From: Escherichia coli
Lineage (GTDB): Bacteria; Pseudomonadota; Gammaproteobacteria; Enterobacterales; Enterobacteriaceae
Assembly (NCBI RefSeq): GCF_048403405.1
Contig: NZ_CP183129.1
Length of the DNA stretch: 64,000 nucleotides
Strand: one strand, 5' to 3'
Under the pieces are notes generated by a model. It saw nothing but the letters and a program-made list of their open reading frames with translations. It was not told the DNA's origin and made no database searches. The position numbers and the translations under genes were made by a program. Each line of letters begins with the position of its first letter. Positions within the stretch are counted from its first letter, which is position 1. Below are positions 1 to 10,014 of the stretch, piece by piece.

Positions 1-96
1 ATTAAAGGACCAAAGCAGATGAAGGCGCTGAATAAGATTTTCGGCTCGTTGTTTATGCTGGTGGGAGCGCTGTTAGCATCGGCGAGGCATGCGTGA
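1..96 (+). CDS. rhtB: Threonine/homoserine-lactone exporter RhtB, C-terminal fragment (5' end outside window)
   Basis: Frame 1 reads ...[24 protein letters not shown] then TGA at 94-96, matching the RhtB C-terminus as recalled. Confidence 0.8.
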
Positions 97-102
97 AAAA
101 TA

Positions 103-145
103 ATGTCGGATGCGGCGTAAACGCCTTATCCGACTTACTCTGATG
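103..145. repeat. REP (repetitive extragenic palindromic) element
   Basis: Imperfect palindrome GTCGGATGCGGCGTAAACGCCTTATCCGAC between convergent rhtB and rhtC. Confidence 0.6.
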
Positions 146-157
146 ACGCGTCTGGCA

Positions 158-778
158 TCAACGCGAAATAATCAAATGAATGCCAAATCCGGCAAATAAC
201 GCCCCGGCAAAACCATCAATCCACTTCGCCAGACGTTGATAACCACGGCGCATTTGCGGCAGGGCAAACAGGCTGGCAACGACGGTAAACCATGCCAGCG
301 TTTCGACAATAATCAGCGCGAAAATGCCCCAGCGCTCGGTGGTGCCGACGTTATCGCCGACAAACAATGAGAATACCGAACCAAAATAGATAATCGCTTT
401 CGGATTGGCGAGATTGGTCAGTAAGCCCTTAAGAAAACTACGCCCGCTTTTCGCCAGTTCGACTTGTGGCGCAGGGGCAGAAACAACCTCTTTTTTCAGT
501 GCACCACGTAGCATCTGGTAACCCATCCAGCAGAGATACAGGCCACCGCCCACCATAATCAGTGTATGCAGCCAGGCCATTTTTTCGATAATCAAATGCA
601 GGCCAAGCAACGCAATCCCAGCCCAAACCATTACGCCGCAGGTAATGCCCAGCACGCCCATCATCGCTTCTTTACGGGAACGACTGACAGCGGTCTGAGA
701 GACAAAAAAGAAATCGGGACCGGGGCTCATAAGCGCCACAATGTGCACCATGGCGACGGTGAGGAATAACATCAACAT
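158..778 (-). CDS. rhtC: Threonine exporter RhtC (LysE family)
   Basis: 206-aa ORF, multi-TM, matches RhtC sequence as recalled (MLMLFLTVAMVHIVALMSPGPDFF...). Confidence 0.93.
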   Translation of the reverse strand: MLMLFLTVAMVHIVALMSPGPDFFFVSQTAVSRSRKEAMMGVLGITCGVMVWAGIALLGLHLIIEKMAWLHTLIMVGGGLYLCWMGYQMLRGALKKEVVSAPAPQVELAKSGRSFLKGLLTNLANPKAIIYFGSVFSLFVGDNVGTTERWGIFALIIVETLAWFTVVASLFALPQMRRGYQRLAKWIDGFAGALFAGFGIHLIISR

Positions 779-841
779 ACATTAGACTCGCGGGGGAAAC
801 GTTTACGGAGTCTTCATCCTGGCACTTTTTTATCCTGCTGA

Positions 842-2671
842 CTACTCTTCGTCATCGCCATCAACATGTGCACGAATCAGCGCCATAAACGGTTTGCCAA
901 AGCGTTCCAGCTTGCGCATCCCAACGCCGTTAACGCTGAGCATTTCGCTGGCAGTGATCGGCATCTGTTCCGCCATCTCAATCAAGGTTGCGTCGTTAAA
1001 CACCACGTACGGCGGGACATTGCTTTCATCGGCAATCGATTTACGCAGTTTGCGTAATTTGACGAACAGTTTGCGATCGTAGTTGCCGCCGAAGGATTTC
1101 TGCATCGCTTTCGGTTTGAGCGCCACGATACGTGGCACGGCAAGTTGCAAAGAGGATTCGCCGCGCAGCACCGGACGCGCAGCCTCTGTCAGTTGTAGGG
1201 CAGAATGCTGGGCAATATTTTGCGTCACCAGGCCGAGGTGAATCAGCTGGCGGATCACGCTCACCCAATGTTCATGGCTTTTATCACGGCCCATGCCATA
1301 GACTTTCAGTTTGTCATGACCATAGTCGCGGATACGCTGGTTATTAGCGCCACGAATCACTTCCACCACATAACCCATCCCAAACCGCTGATTCACACGA
1401 CCAATGGAGGAAAGGGCAATCTGAGCATCGGTTGAACCATCGTATTGTTTCGGCGGATCGAGGCAGATATCGCAGTTCCCGCACGGCTCCTGCCGCCCTT
1501 CGCCAAAGTAGTTCAGCAGCACCAGACGACGGCAAGTTTGCGCTTCGGCAAACGCGCCCATCGCATTGAGTTTATGACGTTCGATATCCTGTAACTGCCC
1601 CTGCGGTTTCTCTTCCAGACAACGACGCAGCCACGCCATATCCGCCGGATCGTAAAACAGCATCGCTTCCGCGGGCAGGCCATCACGCCCGGCGCGTCCG
1701 GTTTCCTGATAATAGGATTCAATGTTGCGCGGAATATCAAAATGCACCACGAAGCGAACGTTTGGTTTATTGATGCCCATGCCGAACGCCACCGTCGCCA
1801 CCACAATTTGCAGGTCATCGCGCTGGAATTTCTCCTGCACATCAGCGCGAACATTATTTTCCAGCCCGGCATGATAGGCCGCCGCGCTAATTCCCTTGCT
1901 TTGCAGGCGCGCAGCGGTGTCTTCTACTTTCGCACGACTATTACAGTAAATAATCCCCGACTTACCGCGTTGTTCCTGTACATAACGCATCAACTGATCG
2001 AGCGGTTTGAATTTCTCCATCAGCATGTAGCGAATATTCGGACGGTCAAAACTGCTGATTTGAATCAGCGGATCGTTCAGCCCCAGCAGGCGCACGATAT
2101 CCTGGCGCGTGGTGTCATCGGCTGTGGCAGTCAGCGCCATAAACGGCAGCGTCGGAAAACGCTGACGCAGCTGACCGAGGGCAGCGTATTCCGGGCGGAA
2201 ATCGTGACCCCATTGGGAGATACAGTGCGCTTCATCAACGGCTAATAACACCGGATTCCAGTGCGCCAGATGCTCAAGAAAGTTATCCAGCATCAGACGT
2301 TCCGGCGCGATATAAAGCAGGCGGATTTGCCCGGTGCGACAGCCTGTCATAACTTCAAGTTGCTGCTCGCGGGTTTGCGTCGAGTTAAGGCACGCCGCCG
2401 CCACGCCGTTGGCTTGCAGTTGATCCACCTGATCTTTCATCAACGAAATCAGCGGTGAAACAACCACGGTAAGGCCGTTTAGCAATAAGGCAGGAATTTG
2501 ATAGCAAAGGGATTTTCCGCCACCAGTGGGCATGACGACGAGGCAATCGCGGCCGGAAAGCACAGTGTCGATAATTTCTTCCTGGCCGGGGCGAAACTGT
2601 TGGTAGCCAAAGGTTTCTTGTAAAACCTGTTTAGCTCCGGACTCCAGATTCAACACTTCCGCCTGCGCCAC
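842..2671 (-). CDS. recQ: ATP-dependent DNA helicase RecQ
   Basis: ORF 842..2677; helicase motifs (PTGGGKS, DEAH); likely GTG start two codons in, giving 609 aa ([10 protein letters not shown]...). Confidence 0.93.
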   Translation of the reverse strand: MAQAEVLNLESGAKQVLQETFGYQQFRPGQEEIIDTVLSGRDCLVVMPTGGGKSLCYQIPALLLNGLTVVVSPLISLMKDQVDQLQANGVAAACLNSTQTREQQLEVMTGCRTGQIRLLYIAPERLMLDNFLEHLAHWNPVLLAVDEAHCISQWGHDFRPEYAALGQLRQRFPTLPFMALTATADDTTRQDIVRLLGLNDPLIQISSFDRPNIRYMLMEKFKPLDQLMRYVQEQRGKSGIIYCNSRAKVEDTAARLQSKGISAAAYHAGLENNVRADVQEKFQRDDLQIVVATVAFGMGINKPNVRFVVHFDIPRNIESYYQETGRAGRDGLPAEAMLFYDPADMAWLRRCLEEKPQGQLQDIERHKLNAMGAFAEAQTCRRLVLLNYFGEGRQEPCGNCDICLDPPKQYDGSTDAQIALSSIGRVNQRFGMGYVVEVIRGANNQRIRDYGHDKLKVYGMGRDKSHEHWVSVIRQLIHLGLVTQNIAQHSALQLTEAARPVLRGESSLQLAVPRIVALKPKAMQKSFGGNYDRKLFVKLRKLRKSIADESNVPPYVVFNDATLIEMAEQMPITASEMLSVNGVGMRKLERFGKPFMALIRAHVDGDDEE

Positions 2672-2803
2672 ATTCACCCCGATTGCCTGAAATAAAAACA
2701 GGCGCTATTTTCAGCGCCTGCGCGAGAAACTGCAATGCTTTTAGTCTCTGAGAGGGTAATCCTGGATACTGGATTCCAGATTTGCCAACCACTCAACCGT
2801 TCA

Positions 2804-3673
2804 TCAAAACAAGTCGTTTAGCATAACCCCTACACCAACGCGGGTCTGGTTGAAGTTATAGTCGATGAGCGATTCGCCGTAACCGCTGTAAACCTGAGTA
2901 TAAAGGCGCACATGTTTGGTGATCGGGTAACTTAAGCCTAACTCCGCGCCGCCGTAGCCCGTGTTCCAGTTGTACTGTCCTTTCGCACTCAACACCGCAT
3001 CACCGAGGTGATAGCCAATTTTAAGCTGGTAGTAACCCATATATTTGGTGATATCCGGGTTATCGTCAGTATTACCCACCACATACCACGGCTTCACCTC
3101 TACCAGCCAGTTACCGTTTTCTGCCATCAGGCGGGTATAAAGGCGGTTCCAGCTACGGGAGGTCGGGTCTGAACGCCCGTTAGAGTCGTGGTTATACCCC
3201 ATCTCCACATCGCGCAGCGTCCAACCTGCAAAACGGTAATCGGTAGCAAAACCGAGGAACAATTGCGGTTCGTAGTTGGTTTCACGAAACGGTGAAGACT
3301 CTTCGCTATTGGACAGTTGCCACCAGGATTTTTGCGTATAAGACGCACCCAATACCGAGTTCGGGCCTAAAATCCCACGCCACAGCGGAAATGCCAGGCT
3401 CAACTGAAACTTTACTTCATCCTTACGCGCATTTTCCGCCCAGTCGTAACTGGCAATCGCTTCTTTATTCAGATCGCTGGTTTGGGTATAGATGATGTAG
3501 TTGGTGTCATAAGGATAAAGGGTGAACGGATTGTCATGCTCCTGCAGCATATTGGCGATAATACTGCCACGCACCGCTGGCGCGTCATGCACCTCTTTCA
3601 CCGTTGCCTCTTGTGCATATACTGCCATAGGCAACATAAACACCGGCAACAACCAGCCCTGCAGAGTCCGCAT
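2804..3673 (-). CDS. pldA: Outer-membrane phospholipase A (OMPLA)
   Basis: 289-aa ORF with signal peptide MRTLQGWLLPVFMLPMAVYA; matches PldA as recalled. Confidence 0.93.
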   Translation of the reverse strand: MRTLQGWLLPVFMLPMAVYAQEATVKEVHDAPAVRGSIIANMLQEHDNPFTLYPYDTNYIIYTQTSDLNKEAIASYDWAENARKDEVKFQLSLAFPLWRGILGPNSVLGASYTQKSWWQLSNSEESSPFRETNYEPQLFLGFATDYRFAGWTLRDVEMGYNHDSNGRSDPTSRSWNRLYTRLMAENGNWLVEVKPWYVVGNTDDNPDITKYMGYYQLKIGYHLGDAVLSAKGQYNWNTGYGGAELGLSYPITKHVRLYTQVYSGYGESLIDYNFNQTRVGVGVMLNDLF

Positions 3674-3837
3674 CGCTCGTGTTCTCCGTAACGAATTATT
3701 GATAAGGTGAATATTTTTCTGCGGGCTATTTTACATACTTAACTCCATAGCCGTTAGTTATCCCTTCCTAAAGTAGAAACCAACAACAAAGAAGCATAAA
3801 ATCAACATTTCATTAACTAATGAAGTGTAAGGATGAT

Positions 3838-4305
3838 ATGTCTGCCGTACTGACCGCTGAACAAGCCCTGAAATTAGTGGGTGAGATGTTTGTTTATCAC
3901 ATGCCATTTAACCGCGCATTGGGGATGGAACTGGAGCGTTACGAAAAAGAGTTCGCACAGCTGGCCTTTAAAAATCAGCCAATGATGGTGGGTAACTGGG
4001 CGCAAAGCATTTTGCACGGCGGGGTCATTGCGTCGGCGCTGGATGTCGCCGCAGGTCTGGTGTGCGTGGGAAGTACCTTAACCCGCCACGAAACCATCAG
4101 TGAAGATGAACTACGTCAGCGGCTATCGCGAATGGGGACCATTGATCTTCGCGTCGATTATCTGCGCCCAGGCAGAGGCGAGCGTTTTACTGCTACCAGT
4201 AGCCTGTTACGTGCAGGCAATAAAGTCGCCGTCGCCCGCGTTGAATTACACAATGAAGAACAGCTTTATATTGCCAGTGCTACAGCCACCTATATGGTAG
4301 GTTGA
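3838..4305 (+). CDS. yigI: Hotdog-fold acyl-CoA thioesterase YigI
   Basis: ORF 3820..4305; start chosen at [13 protein letters not shown] (155 aa) to match K-12 YigI. Confidence 0.85.
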   Translation: MSAVLTAEQALKLVGEMFVYHMPFNRALGMELERYEKEFAQLAFKNQPMMVGNWAQSILHGGVIASALDVAAGLVCVGSTLTRHETISEDELRQRLSRMGTIDLRVDYLRPGRGERFTATSSLLRAGNKVAVARVELHNEEQLYIASATATYMVG

Positions 4306-4356
4306 TAACGTAAAAGCAGGTAAACTGCTGTTACCAATTAAAAATGAGTATTCCCG

Positions 4357-5247
4357 ATGGATGCAAAACAAACGCGGCAGGGCGTATTACTCGCTCTTGC
4401 CGCTTATTTTATTTGGGGTATTGCGCCAGCGTACTTCAAGCTAATTTACTACGTGCCCGCCGATGAGATCCTGACGCATCGCGTGATCTGGTCGTTTTTC
4501 TTTATGGTGGTGCTGATGAGCATCTGCCGCCAGTGGTCCTATTTAAAAACGCTGATTCAGACGCCACAGAAAATTTTTATGCTGGCAGTCTCTGCCGTGC
4601 TGATTGGTGGCAACTGGCTACTGTTTATCTGGGCGGTGAACAATCACCATATGCTGGAAGCGAGCCTTGGTTACTTTATTAACCCGCTGGTGAACATTGT
4701 GCTAGGGATGATTTTCCTCGGCGAGCGATTCCGCCGGATGCAATGGCTGGCGGTGATTCTGGCGATATGTGGCGTGTTGGTTCAGTTGTGGACTTTTGGT
4801 TCACTACCGATTATCGCGCTGGGGCTGGCGTTTAGTTTTGCCTTCTACGGCCTGGTACGCAAGAAGATTGCTGTTGAAGCGCAAACCGGCATGTTAATCG
4901 AAACTATGTGGTTGCTGCCCGTGGCGGCGATTTACCTGTTTGCTATTGCCGACAGCGCAACCAGCCATATGGGGCAAAACCCGATGTCACTGAATTTACT
5001 GCTGATCGCCGCCGGGATTGTCACTACCGTACCGCTGTTGTGTTTTACTGCGGCTGCGACACGCCTGCGTCTCTCAACGTTAGGCTTTTTTCAGTACATT
5101 GGCCCGACGCTGATGTTCCTGCTGGCTGTGACGTTTTATGGTGAAAAACCGGGTGCCGATAAGATGGTGACCTTCGCCTTTATTTGGGTGGCGCTGGCAA
5201 TTTTTGTGATGGATGCGATTTATACGCAGCGTAGAACGTCCAAATAA
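4357..5247 (+). CDS. rarD: EamA/DMT-family transporter RarD
   Basis: 296-aa polytopic membrane ORF; matches RarD; SD upstream. Confidence 0.92.
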   Translation: MDAKQTRQGVLLALAAYFIWGIAPAYFKLIYYVPADEILTHRVIWSFFFMVVLMSICRQWSYLKTLIQTPQKIFMLAVSAVLIGGNWLLFIWAVNNHHMLEASLGYFINPLVNIVLGMIFLGERFRRMQWLAVILAICGVLVQLWTFGSLPIIALGLAFSFAFYGLVRKKIAVEAQTGMLIETMWLLPVAAIYLFAIADSATSHMGQNPMSLNLLLIAAGIVTTVPLLCFTAAATRLRLSTLGFFQYIGPTLMFLLAVTFYGEKPGADKMVTFAFIWVALAIFVMDAIYTQRRTSK

Positions 5248-5557
5248 AAAATAAATATATTCTGAAAAAATATGCCGACTCTTGCATGAGAGTGGGCATA
5301 TTGCCATGCTGACAGGAGACTCACATAAGGAAAGGCAGAATTTCCAGACGTCGTTGTATATTTTCATTTGCTTTAATAAATTTCATTTTTAGTAAATTCA
5401 GCATTATGTTATTAGCGATGAGCAAGACCAATCATTAACCAAGTTCTCTTCAGAATGTAATGAAAAATGTGAAGTGCATTTCTTTTTTAAAATTTTTTTA
5501 GCCTATTATTTCTTATCAAATTAACATTGCCCTTAATTATAAGAAAGGAGAATATAA

Positions 5558-6406
5558 ATGAACAACATATTAGGCTCATCAATTAATATGCCCTGTACAC
5601 TTTTCGAAACTATTACTTTATTCGATGATTTTTCTGCTGATGATATGCAATATGGGGATATGGAAGAACAAGATTTTCTCTCACTCGGCTTAAGCGACAT
5701 CTCTGCAAAAGTTGATCCTTACCGCCTCATTAAATACCATTTTCCTGGGCCGAATTCTACTTATGGTGCTTTTAGTGTTCCAACTTCTGGAACAAAAATA
5801 TCACAAAGTGAATGTATTGATATTTTATTTGCAGAAATGAAAGATCTGGCAAAAATGTTTTCCTTTTTTGGACAATACAAAACACTCATCCAGGATCTGA
5901 TTGATCATTTTAGATATGGAAATGGCAACAGTTTCCATAGCCAGGAATTGAACTTATCTTTTCATGAACGAATAAAAAAATATGATTATAATAGCCCAAT
6001 ACGTGTAATCAAAGAATGTATCGAAAATGATATTTCTTCAACACCTACGATAGGATACCGGCCTCTTCTCCTACAAAAGATTAAGATCGAATTACTTTCA
6101 TCAAGACTAAATAAATTCAATGATTTTAAAGATAATTTTAATGGCCTGGGAATCAGCATTCATGATATCTCAGCTCAAAAAATATCTCTTTTAAGTTTTC
6201 AAAAATACGCTATAGGATGGAGTGCAACAATTCATTTTGTAGCACAGGACCACTTCGGTCTTGATGTAACTGATATCAAAAACAAGACTTACAGCAAATA
6301 TAGATTTTTTCGCATATGGTTCTTTTTACAACGGCATAAAGACTTTGCTTTCAAACCTTTTTTCACCAATTTTAACACTATCGAAAGAATCGAAAATTAT
6401 CTATGA
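5558..6406 (+). CDS. Hypothetical protein, 282 aa, AT-rich accessory gene (islet gene 1); no recognisable family
   Basis: Intact ORF with AAGGAG SD 8 nt upstream of ATG; very low GC relative to flanks; no TM or signal peptide evident; stop overlaps start of next ORF. Confidence 0.7.
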   Translation: MNNILGSSINMPCTLFETITLFDDFSADDMQYGDMEEQDFLSLGLSDISAKVDPYRLIKYHFPGPNSTYGAFSVPTSGTKISQSECIDILFAEMKDLAKMFSFFGQYKTLIQDLIDHFRYGNGNSFHSQELNLSFHERIKKYDYNSPIRVIKECIENDISSTPTIGYRPLLLQKIKIELLSSRLNKFNDFKDNFNGLGISIHDISAQKISLLSFQKYAIGWSATIHFVAQDHFGLDVTDIKNKTYSKYRFFRIWFFLQRHKDFAFKPFFTNFNTIERIENYL

Positions 6407-6894
6407 AAAACAAACTCCAGAAAATTATATTATGTTTATTTCTTCTATGCTGCATCTATAATTTATGGACATTGCGTCCTGTACAGATTTTGTATACATA
6501 CTCTGATGCTGGCAATTCAGTCTTTCTGGTCGTTGATCATCTGCCATGGACTGACAGCGATAAAATAAATTGGTATCTGAAGCATCAGAATGAAATTAAA
6601 AATCAACATCCCCTACCAGAAGGTAGTTGGCATACCTGGTATGTCATTGATATCGGTAATGGCTTCACTGACTATAAAAAATATATCGAAGGGCCGTATG
6701 AAGATCTCTACTGTTTCCCGACAATTAAGAGCAATGATAATTGCATCGTGAAAAATTACTTAATGGTTATTAATGAATACCCTTATCGTAACACTCATAT
6801 TGGTATTAACGATTTTACTGAGTATCAATTAACACAAGAAAATAAAATAGAGCGAGTTTTCAATCCGCATGACTTTAAAAAAGACAATTTTTAG
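6403..6894 (+). CDS. Hypothetical protein, 163 aa, N-terminal hydrophobic anchor or signal (islet gene 2)
   Basis: ATG overlaps upstream stop (ATGA at 6403-6406); N-terminus MKNKLQKIILCLFLLCCIYNLW is hydrophobic; AT-rich; followed by hairpin 6900-6930. Confidence 0.7.
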   Translation: MKNKLQKIILCLFLLCCIYNLWTLRPVQILYTYSDAGNSVFLVVDHLPWTDSDKINWYLKHQNEIKNQHPLPEGSWHTWYVIDIGNGFTDYKKYIEGPYEDLYCFPTIKSNDNCIVKNYLMVINEYPYRNTHIGINDFTEYQLTQENKIERVFNPHDFKKDNF

Positions 6895-6899
6895 AAATA

Positions 6900-6930
6900 A
6901 GCCGGATAAAAAAATAGCTTTATCCGGCAC
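6900..6930. terminator. Bidirectional intrinsic terminator hairpin between islet gene 2 and corA
   Basis: GCCGGATAAAAAAATAGCTTTATCCGGC inverted repeat between convergent ORFs. Confidence 0.55.
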
Positions 6931-6935
6931 TCATA

Positions 6936-7886
6936 TTACAACCAGTTCTTCCGCTTAAAATACAGATACGGTGCCAGGCCCGCGAGGATCATAAAGATAA
7001 TCGCGCCAGGGTAGCCGAAACTCCACTTCAGTTCCGGCATAAACTCAAAGTTCATCCCGTAGCTGGAAGCAACCAGCGTTGGCGGCAGGAACACGACGGA
7101 TACCACCGAGAAGATTTTGATGATGCGGTTCTGCTCGATGTTGATAAAGCCCATCGCCGCCTGCATCAGGAAGTTCACCTTCTGGAACAGGGATTCGTTA
7201 TGCGGCAGCAGGGATTCGATATCTCGCAGGATTTCACGCGCCTGCTCCAGTTGACCACCCGGTAAACGCGCCTTGCGTACCAGGAAGTTGAGCGCACGCT
7301 GGGTATCCATCAGACACAGGCGAACTTTCCAGCCGATATCTTCCAGTTCCGCCAGCGTGGAGAGCGCCTCGTCGTACTCATCGCCCTGATGCCCTTCCAT
7401 AATTACCCGGCTCAACTGCTCCAGGTCGCTGTAGATATTTTCAATTTCATCTGCCAACTGTTCGATTTTGGTTTCGAACAGATCCAGCAGCAGCTCGTAG
7501 GCATTACCGTCTACCATCGACTGGCTACGGGCACGCATACGATATAGACGAAAAGCGGGCAGTTCACGCTCACGCAGAGTAAACAGACGACCATCACGGA
7601 TGGTAAATGCCACAGTGGAGTTACCGGCGTGATCTTCCGCATCTTCAAAGAAGAAGAAGGAGTGAATATGCAGGCCGTCATCGTCTTCAAAGAAACGTGC
7701 CGATGCTTCGATGTCTTCCAGTTCCGGGCGGGTTGCCAGGCTCTGGCCAAGTTCAGATTGTACGCGCAGTCGCTCGTCGTCGTCCGGTTCGACAAGATCA
7801 ATCCATACTGCATTTACAAGGGGTTGTGACTCTTCGACTTCCAGCCGGGTCAGTCGGTTATTTTCCAGTTGAAATGCGCTCAGCAT
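6936..7886 (-). CDS. corA: Magnesium/cobalt transport protein CorA
   Basis: ORF 6936..7901; start at [10 protein letters not shown] (316 aa); C-terminal [10 protein letters not shown] motif present. Confidence 0.93.
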   Translation of the reverse strand: MLSAFQLENNRLTRLEVEESQPLVNAVWIDLVEPDDDERLRVQSELGQSLATRPELEDIEASARFFEDDDGLHIHSFFFFEDAEDHAGNSTVAFTIRDGRLFTLRERELPAFRLYRMRARSQSMVDGNAYELLLDLFETKIEQLADEIENIYSDLEQLSRVIMEGHQGDEYDEALSTLAELEDIGWKVRLCLMDTQRALNFLVRKARLPGGQLEQAREILRDIESLLPHNESLFQKVNFLMQAAMGFINIEQNRIIKIFSVVSVVFLPPTLVASSYGMNFEFMPELKWSFGYPGAIIFMILAGLAPYLYFKRKNWL

Positions 7887-8010
7887 GACCGGGACTCCCA
7901 ATGCTTAAAATATCGGACAGTTCGGTGGGCACACAGAAACAAATTGGGTTTCAGACCATTAAACAGCCTGACTCAGCGCGACGGGAAAAATTGAGGTCGC
8001 TGACAACCGC

Positions 8011-8043
8011 TAAGGCTATCAGCAAAAAGGGATAGCCTTAGGA
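8011..8043. promoter_or_regulatory. Stable hairpin in corA upstream/leader region
   Basis: Inverted repeat CTAAGGCTATC..(loop)..GATAGCCTTAG inside the 354-bp corA-yigE divergent region. Confidence 0.35.
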
Positions 8044-8255
8044 GTTGATCCTGGATGACAGGATAGTGAGCCAGTATCTACTGGGTGTGTCCAAGGCGAA
8101 TGTCCTCTTAGAGTGATCGTGCGCGCATGTTACGCCAGCAAAATTTTGCCGTCAACACGCAACAGAACACCACAGAACAATAGTTGAACTTCGCGCTTTT
8201 TGGTACTCGTCAAGGTCGCTAACAGGATAAAAAAATCCCACATCCAGGACCTATA

Positions 8256-9020
8256 ATGGCGCATCGGCTACTCATTGGTAAAGGAATGATCACCTTGAAT
8301 CTCAAACGGATTTTTCTCACCCTCACCTTACTTCCCTTGTTTGCTGTTGCCGCTGATGATTGCGCACTCTCAGATCCGGCGCTGACCGTACAGGCGTATA
8401 TCGTTAATCCTCAAACAGAGCGGGTGAAAATGTACTGGCAAAAAGCCAATGGCGAAGCGTGGGGAACGTTACATGCTCTGCTGGCGGATATTAATAGTCA
8501 GGGTCAGGTGCAGATGGCGATGAACGGCGGCATCTATGATGAAAGCTATGCGCCGCTCGGTTTGTACATCGAAAACGGTCAGCAGAAGGTGGCGTTAAAT
8601 CTCGCTTCAGGTGAAGGGAATTTCTTTATTCGTCCTGGCGGCGTGTTTTATGTCGCGGGAGATAAAGTCGGCATCGTTCGTCTGGATGCCTTTAAAACCA
8701 GTAAAGAGATTCAGTTTGCGGTGCAGTCAGGGCCAATGTTGATGGAAAACGGCGTAATTAATCCGCGTATTCATCCCAACGTCGCCTCACGTAAAATTCG
8801 TAACGGTGTTGGGATTAATAAACAAGGGAACGCCGTGTTTTTGTTGAGCCAGCAGGCGACAAATTTTTATGATTTTGCCTGTTATGCCAAAGCGAAACTG
8901 AACGTTGAGCAGCTGCTTTATCTTGATGGCACAATTTCACATATGTATATGAAAGGCTGGGCAATCCCGTGGCAACGCTATCCTTTTGTTACCATGATTT
9001 CCGTCGAGCGGAAAGGTTAA
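8256..9020 (+). CDS. yigE: DUF2233-family (phosphodiester glycosidase-like) secreted protein YigE
   Basis: 254-aa ORF; hydrophobic signal-like N-terminus (LTLTLLPLFAVAADD); matches YigE as recalled. Confidence 0.8.
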   Translation: MAHRLLIGKGMITLNLKRIFLTLTLLPLFAVAADDCALSDPALTVQAYIVNPQTERVKMYWQKANGEAWGTLHALLADINSQGQVQMAMNGGIYDESYAPLGLYIENGQQKVALNLASGEGNFFIRPGGVFYVAGDKVGIVRLDAFKTSKEIQFAVQSGPMLMENGVINPRIHPNVASRKIRNGVGINKQGNAVFLLSQQATNFYDFACYAKAKLNVEQLLYLDGTISHMYMKGWAIPWQRYPFVTMISVERKG

Positions 9021-9102
9021 GCATTGTACACTCGAGGAGGCCAGACAAACTGGGACTGGCTACACAGTTGGAAAATCATCAGATAAATGAAGGGAAACAA
9101 AA

Positions 9103-10005
9103 ATGAAAAAAACGCTCGCAACGTTATTTTTATTAACGTGTCTGGGATCATCATCCGCCTATGCAGATAACGCTTTGATTTTACAAACTGATTTTAGCCT
9201 GAAAGATGGTGCCGTCTCGGCGATGAAAGGGGTCGCATTCGGCGTTGACCATAATCTTAAAATCTTTGATTTAACACACGAAATTCCACCGTATAACATC
9301 TGGGAAGGCGCTTATCGCCTGTATCAGACTGCCAGTTACTGGCCGCAAGGTTCGGTGTTTGTTAGCGTGGTCGATCCGGGCGTAGGCACTGACCGTAAAT
9401 CGGTGGTGCTAAAAACCAAAAACGGTCAGTACTTCGTTTCACCAGATAACGGTACGCTCACTTTGGTGGCACAAACTCTGGGTATTGATAGCGTCCGGGA
9501 AATCGACGAAAAAGCTAACCGCCTGAAAGGTTCTGAAAAGTCATATACCTTCCACGGTCGTGACGTGTATGCCTACACCGGTGCGCGTCTGGCTTCCGGG
9601 GCGATTACGTTCGAACAGGTGGGGCCAGAGCTTCCTGCAAAAGTTGTCGAACTTTCTTATCAGAAAGCAAAAGCAACAAAAGGTGAAGTGAAGGGCAATA
9701 TCCCGATTCTCGATATTCAGTACGGCAACGTCTGGAGCAATATCAGCGACGAGTTGCTGAATCAGGCAGGAATCAAACTCAACGACACGTTGTGTGTGAC
9801 CATTTCCGAAGGTTCCCAGCAAAAATACGCAGGGAAAATGCCGTATGTCGCAAGCTTCGGCGATGTGCCGGAAGGCCAGCCGATGGTGTATCTGAACAGC
9901 TTATTGAATGTTTCCGTGGCGCTGAATATGGATAATTTTGCGCAGAAACATCAGGTTGCGTCTGGTGCTGACTGGAATATTGATGTGAAGAAGTGCGCTA
10001 AGTAA
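9103..10005 (+). CDS. SAM hydroxide adenosyltransferase (DUF62/fluorinase-chlorinase family)-like protein with N-terminal signal peptide
   Basis: 300-aa ORF; signal peptide MKKTLATLFLLTCLGSSSAYA; family-like motifs LQTDFSLKDGAVSAMKGV, VVDPGVGTDR, FVSPDNGTLT, TFHGRDVYAYTGARLASG. Confidence 0.75.
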   Translation: MKKTLATLFLLTCLGSSSAYADNALILQTDFSLKDGAVSAMKGVAFGVDHNLKIFDLTHEIPPYNIWEGAYRLYQTASYWPQGSVFVSVVDPGVGTDRKSVVLKTKNGQYFVSPDNGTLTLVAQTLGIDSVREIDEKANRLKGSEKSYTFHGRDVYAYTGARLASGAITFEQVGPELPAKVVELSYQKAKATKGEVKGNIPILDIQYGNVWSNISDELLNQAGIKLNDTLCVTISEGSQQKYAGKMPYVASFGDVPEGQPMVYLNSLLNVSVALNMDNFAQKHQVASGADWNIDVKKCAK

Positions 10006-10014
10006 GGTGCTGAT

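Noticed and set aside
438-769. Short ORFs (62-67 aa) inside or antisense to rhtC, and the many similar 60-170 aa ORFs antisense to recQ, uvrD, cyaA, ilv and wec genes in the track
   Set aside because: They lie within well-supported longer genes on the other strand or frame, lack ribosome-binding sites, and have low-complexity Arg/Ala/Pro-rich translations typical of GC-rich out-of-frame readings.
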